Assembly (NCBI GenBank): GCA_031835245.2
Contig: JAVKOQ020000107.1
Span: 62,001-126,000, forward strand
Length of the DNA stretch: 64,000 nt
Source of the DNA: Balamuthia mandrillaris
Taxonomy: Eukaryota
Direction: 5' to 3'
The stretch's first letter is position 1, and the number at the start of each line of letters is the position of its first letter. Position numbers and translations under genes: made by a program. Positions 60,656-64,000 of the stretch are shown here, piece by piece. Below the pieces are notes generated by a model. The model worked only from the letters and a program-made list of their open reading frames with translations. It did not search any database and was not told where the DNA came from.

Positions 60656-63600
60656 TCAAGATAAGACATGAAGAAGGAAAGCCACCAACTGCGTGAGGTG
60701 TTCCAGAGCAGAGGCCATTGGCTGTGGAACTTCCGATAGAGCCTTCAGCTTCTGCCGTAAGCCATCCCTATTGCCGCCCCGCACAAGGTATGTCTTACCC
60801 CCTTCCATTGTACATATTACCTCTAATGCTCTCAACGTCTGTTGTCGTAGCAGAACTAAGTTAAAAAAAAAGAAAGAAAGCGAAGGAAGCAACAAGAACA
60901 AAGAGTAGATAACGTACGTGTAAAACAGGAGTAGAGGATGGACTATCTCCACCAGCAGCACGCAGATGCTCCTCGATCGCCTCCTCCGCAGCTTCCACCA
61001 AAGAGTCCACCAAATACTCTCCCTTAGCATCCAACGAAGTGGGCTCTCCTTCAGAGTTCAGCGCCATCACTGTAGCAAATACCTTCTTCACAAATTGATA
61101 ACACGGCTCATCCTCCAAAGGAGAAGTGGCTTTGGGAGAGGAGAAAGTGGAAGTAGAAGTAGAAGAAGAGTCAGGAGAAGGAAGAAGGACGCGCAAGAGA
61201 TAGTCCTGAAGGCGGTGAGGGTTGAGATTGGATCGTAGGCTTTCGGCTACCAATGGTCCTTTGCTGCCGTCCCATGCTTCCTCCATGTGAGCGAATAATT
61301 TAGGGAGATTTCCGGTCAAGTGCACTGTTGACAACAAGAGCAACACTCCTGATAGATTTTTACCAAACAAAAAAATGAGTGTCTGTCCACATACATGTAC
61401 AAAGACGAAAAGAGAGAGAGAGAGAGGAAGCAAAGGCAAACCCAAAGAAGCAGAGGTAGAGGCCAAGATACTATCGTCCTTGAAGCACTGTAGAGCCCTA
61501 GAGAACATGGCAGAGGCAAAAGTGAAGTAGACAGGTTTGCGGTGGGTAGGTCGACGCGAGGAGCTGTTGTCCTGGAGGCTGGTCTGGTCCATGAAGAGGT
61601 TCTTCAGCAGCTGCTCAAGGCAGTGGTTGCTCCGGTCCATACGCACCACCACCTCCAACAGCCTATAGCACTCCAAGAGGACGTCTCCCTCCTCTTTGTA
61701 GGTGTCCGCAATCGTTAACAATGTTGTTACGAAACTGGTCTGTTGTGGTGGAAAAAGATAGAAAAGTTTAAAAAAACGAAATAGAAAGAAAAGAGAGAAA
61801 TGAGAAGGGAAACGGTGGTACCTTTCCTTCCCAAGCTTCAGAGATGGCGAGGGCGCGTTGCAAGCGCTCATCATCAGGTTCAGGCTCTTGGGCCATCCAT
61901 GAGCTCGCTTTGAACATAACCTTAAGGGCGGTGATGATGTCCTGAGGAGTGACAGGATCTTCCCTCTTCAGCGCAGAAGATGCTGATGTGGCAGCTGTAG
62001 TTGATGGACGGCTATTCAAATGCAAAAACTGGGCAACAAAATAAAATGAAGAGTTAGCACATGAACAAGGCACAAGCAGGTCGGAATCTTGGGAGATAAG
62101 ACGTAAGACGTACTCTTGCCAACTGCTGCAAGCCCTGGTTCTCACAAAATACTACAAAATCCGGCTCAGATGCCAATAATACATCATAGTACCTTTTTTT
62201 GTGAATAAGAAAAACACAGTGTCAGAGGGAAGTAATGGAGAAGAAAAAAAGAGAAAGCAAAGAATGAAACGTAAAGAAAGATACCTCAACATGTTGCGGT
62301 GGTTGGTAAGCAATTTGTTGGCTTTGAGAACAACGGGCAAGCGACGAAGTCTATACTCTGGAATGTTTTCCGCGATGACCTTGATGCCAGCAAATATTTG
62401 ATCCGAGGTGCGCGGATAGACATTGGTGTTGACATAGATCTGTGAGGTAGCCCAATCGAGGTTGGTGTGGAAGGCCCACGTCTGCATAAAGGCTTCACTG
62501 CGAACGCAACACAGGTAGAGGATGCGATAGAAGGTGGGGAGAGCTTCCTCGTTGTAGGCGATCATCTTCTCGTTTGGACTGATGCCGGCAAAGAAGTCAA
62601 AGAGACGAGTGGGTAGCGTTGGGCTGGAGGTAATACGGTCTACTGTTCTCTCATCAAGTTCAAGCATCTTCAGCCAGTACTCCATCATGTGCTATTTTTT
62701 GTGACATTTGGTGAAGTCAGTGAACAACGTGCAAGACAGAGAGGGACAAGAAAGGAAAACAAATATTACCAATTTGTTTAGATCACACTCAGTGCGAGGA
62801 CCATCAATGGTTTCGAAGAGCTGAACAAAGGCATCAAAGTGACTAGCGAACTGAAAAAAGAACAGGGATAAGAAAGGAAATATGAGCATAAAGCTAACAA
62901 GTAGAGGGAATGAAAAAAGCAAAACGAACCACTGCAGCATACGGCGGCGAGCGCGCACACCACTTGAGCAGCTTAAAGTAGTTCGTCAGCTTCCAATAAG
63001 TAGTAGGAAAGTTCTCTGGTGACTTTCCAGTTATGAGTGTACTCTCCCCACGAACATGTCGCCTCGCCGTCAATAACAACGACAGCAAGTACTGATAGAC
63101 AGCCAGCAAATGAGAATCAGCGTCGGGAGTCAGCCCGGGCAAGATCTCTCTGTTGGGGTTCTTGGGGTCGACCCTAATGGCAGCCTCTGGCACCAATCCC
63201 ATTACCAAAGACTCCGCAGCCTCCCTCGTGAGATCAGAGCTGTTGGCCATCAACCAGGATTCTACCCAAGAGCCTTTGTTGCGGAACATCCACTCCCTAG
63301 CGAGAGCATTGTGCGGCATGAGGTCGGCCAGGTACTTGACTGCGTAATAGGTGGCCGTCTTGTACTTAAGATTGTTCTTGATGACCACGAGCAGGGAAGT
63401 AAGGGCTTGATCCACACGTGCACCCTGCAGAGAGTCCTCCAGGGCCAAGAGAGGGGTCAGCACATCGAAGTACGGCTGGAAACGGTCATAATCCACCGAG
63501 TCCAATCCTTTGGTGATGATCTCCAGGACATCGTGAGACAACTCCTCGTTCTCCCAACAGATATGCACCAGCACTTGAGCGAGCTCCTTTGAGTTGATGC

Positions 63601-64000
63601 CATCCAACAAGATCTTGGACAGGAAAGGCTTAGAGTAGAGCAGTTCTTTATCGGTGGTGGGTAGCTGAAGAGGAGCGGCCAGGGTGAGCGAGGGAGGAGT
63701 GCCTTTGTCCAGAGGGGCGTCCGTCTCACAAGCCCGTATCAGCTCGCTGAAGAGACTGACCATGAACTCCAACTTGGGAGGATTGCGTTTCTCTCCCATT
63801 TTTGCCCTCTTCTTTTTCTTCTTCTTGGAGCGCTATTCATTGAAAAGAACAGAAAAAATCGGTCAGAAGGACAGACAATAAACTAGAAATGAAGAGGAAG
63901 CATACTTTGGCAAGAGGAGAATCTTCCCCGAGATAAAAGTCTATCAAATACGCTATGACGCCTTGGTCCAACAACAGCTTCTTCTCGTTGGTTCCCAATT
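60656..64000 (-). CDS. C-terminal part of a large USP9X/USP24/USP34-family deubiquitinase; 5' end outside the window
   Basis: HICWENEELS..QPYFDVL..LLALEDSLQ.ARVD resembles the USP9/24 C-terminus; YN...LPTFYRILYLCCVRSEAF...HTNLDWA resembles USP34; the catalytic domain is not in the window. Confidence 0.75.

Overview
Gene-dense, intron-rich eukaryotic nuclear DNA. It is most likely from a free-living amoebozoan (Acanthamoeba/Balamuthia-like), inferred from ~100-nt GT-AG introns filled with (CT)n/(CTT)n microsatellites and from the gene repertoire; this is not verified. I can support 22 protein-coding genes, built by manual splicing: RhoGAP (partial), a secreted tandem Frizzled-CRD protein, CASP/COY1 golgin, an RRM protein, GTDC1/QTMAN, HAUS2, an ABHD17-like/SAM/TKL-kinase fusion, a 61-aa NDUFA3-like microprotein, a ZnT5/Msc2 zinc transporter, an F-box-MORN protein, a RhoBTB-like protein, VPS35L, a PfkB pseudouridine kinase, a Cys-rich surface protein, ERCC6/CSB, myotubularin, WDR25, S1P lyase, a ~2038-aa vWA-EF-1alpha fusion, a C2-SNAP25 Qbc-SNARE, an orphan and a partial USP34/24-like deubiquitinase. 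The standout is the giant, almost intron-free vWA(MIDAS)-EF-1alpha fusion, whose GTPase motifs are intact but whose Ser53 loop is altered. Other notable items are an apparent double pseudo-enzyme (ABHD17-like plus kinase), the C2-Qbc SNARE, an N-terminal PIP box on CSB and recurrent promoter motifs (TGTCGACA, TGACGACGTG). I recognised no rRNA, tRNA, CRISPR array or transposase. All family calls come from motif recognition by eye, not database searches.
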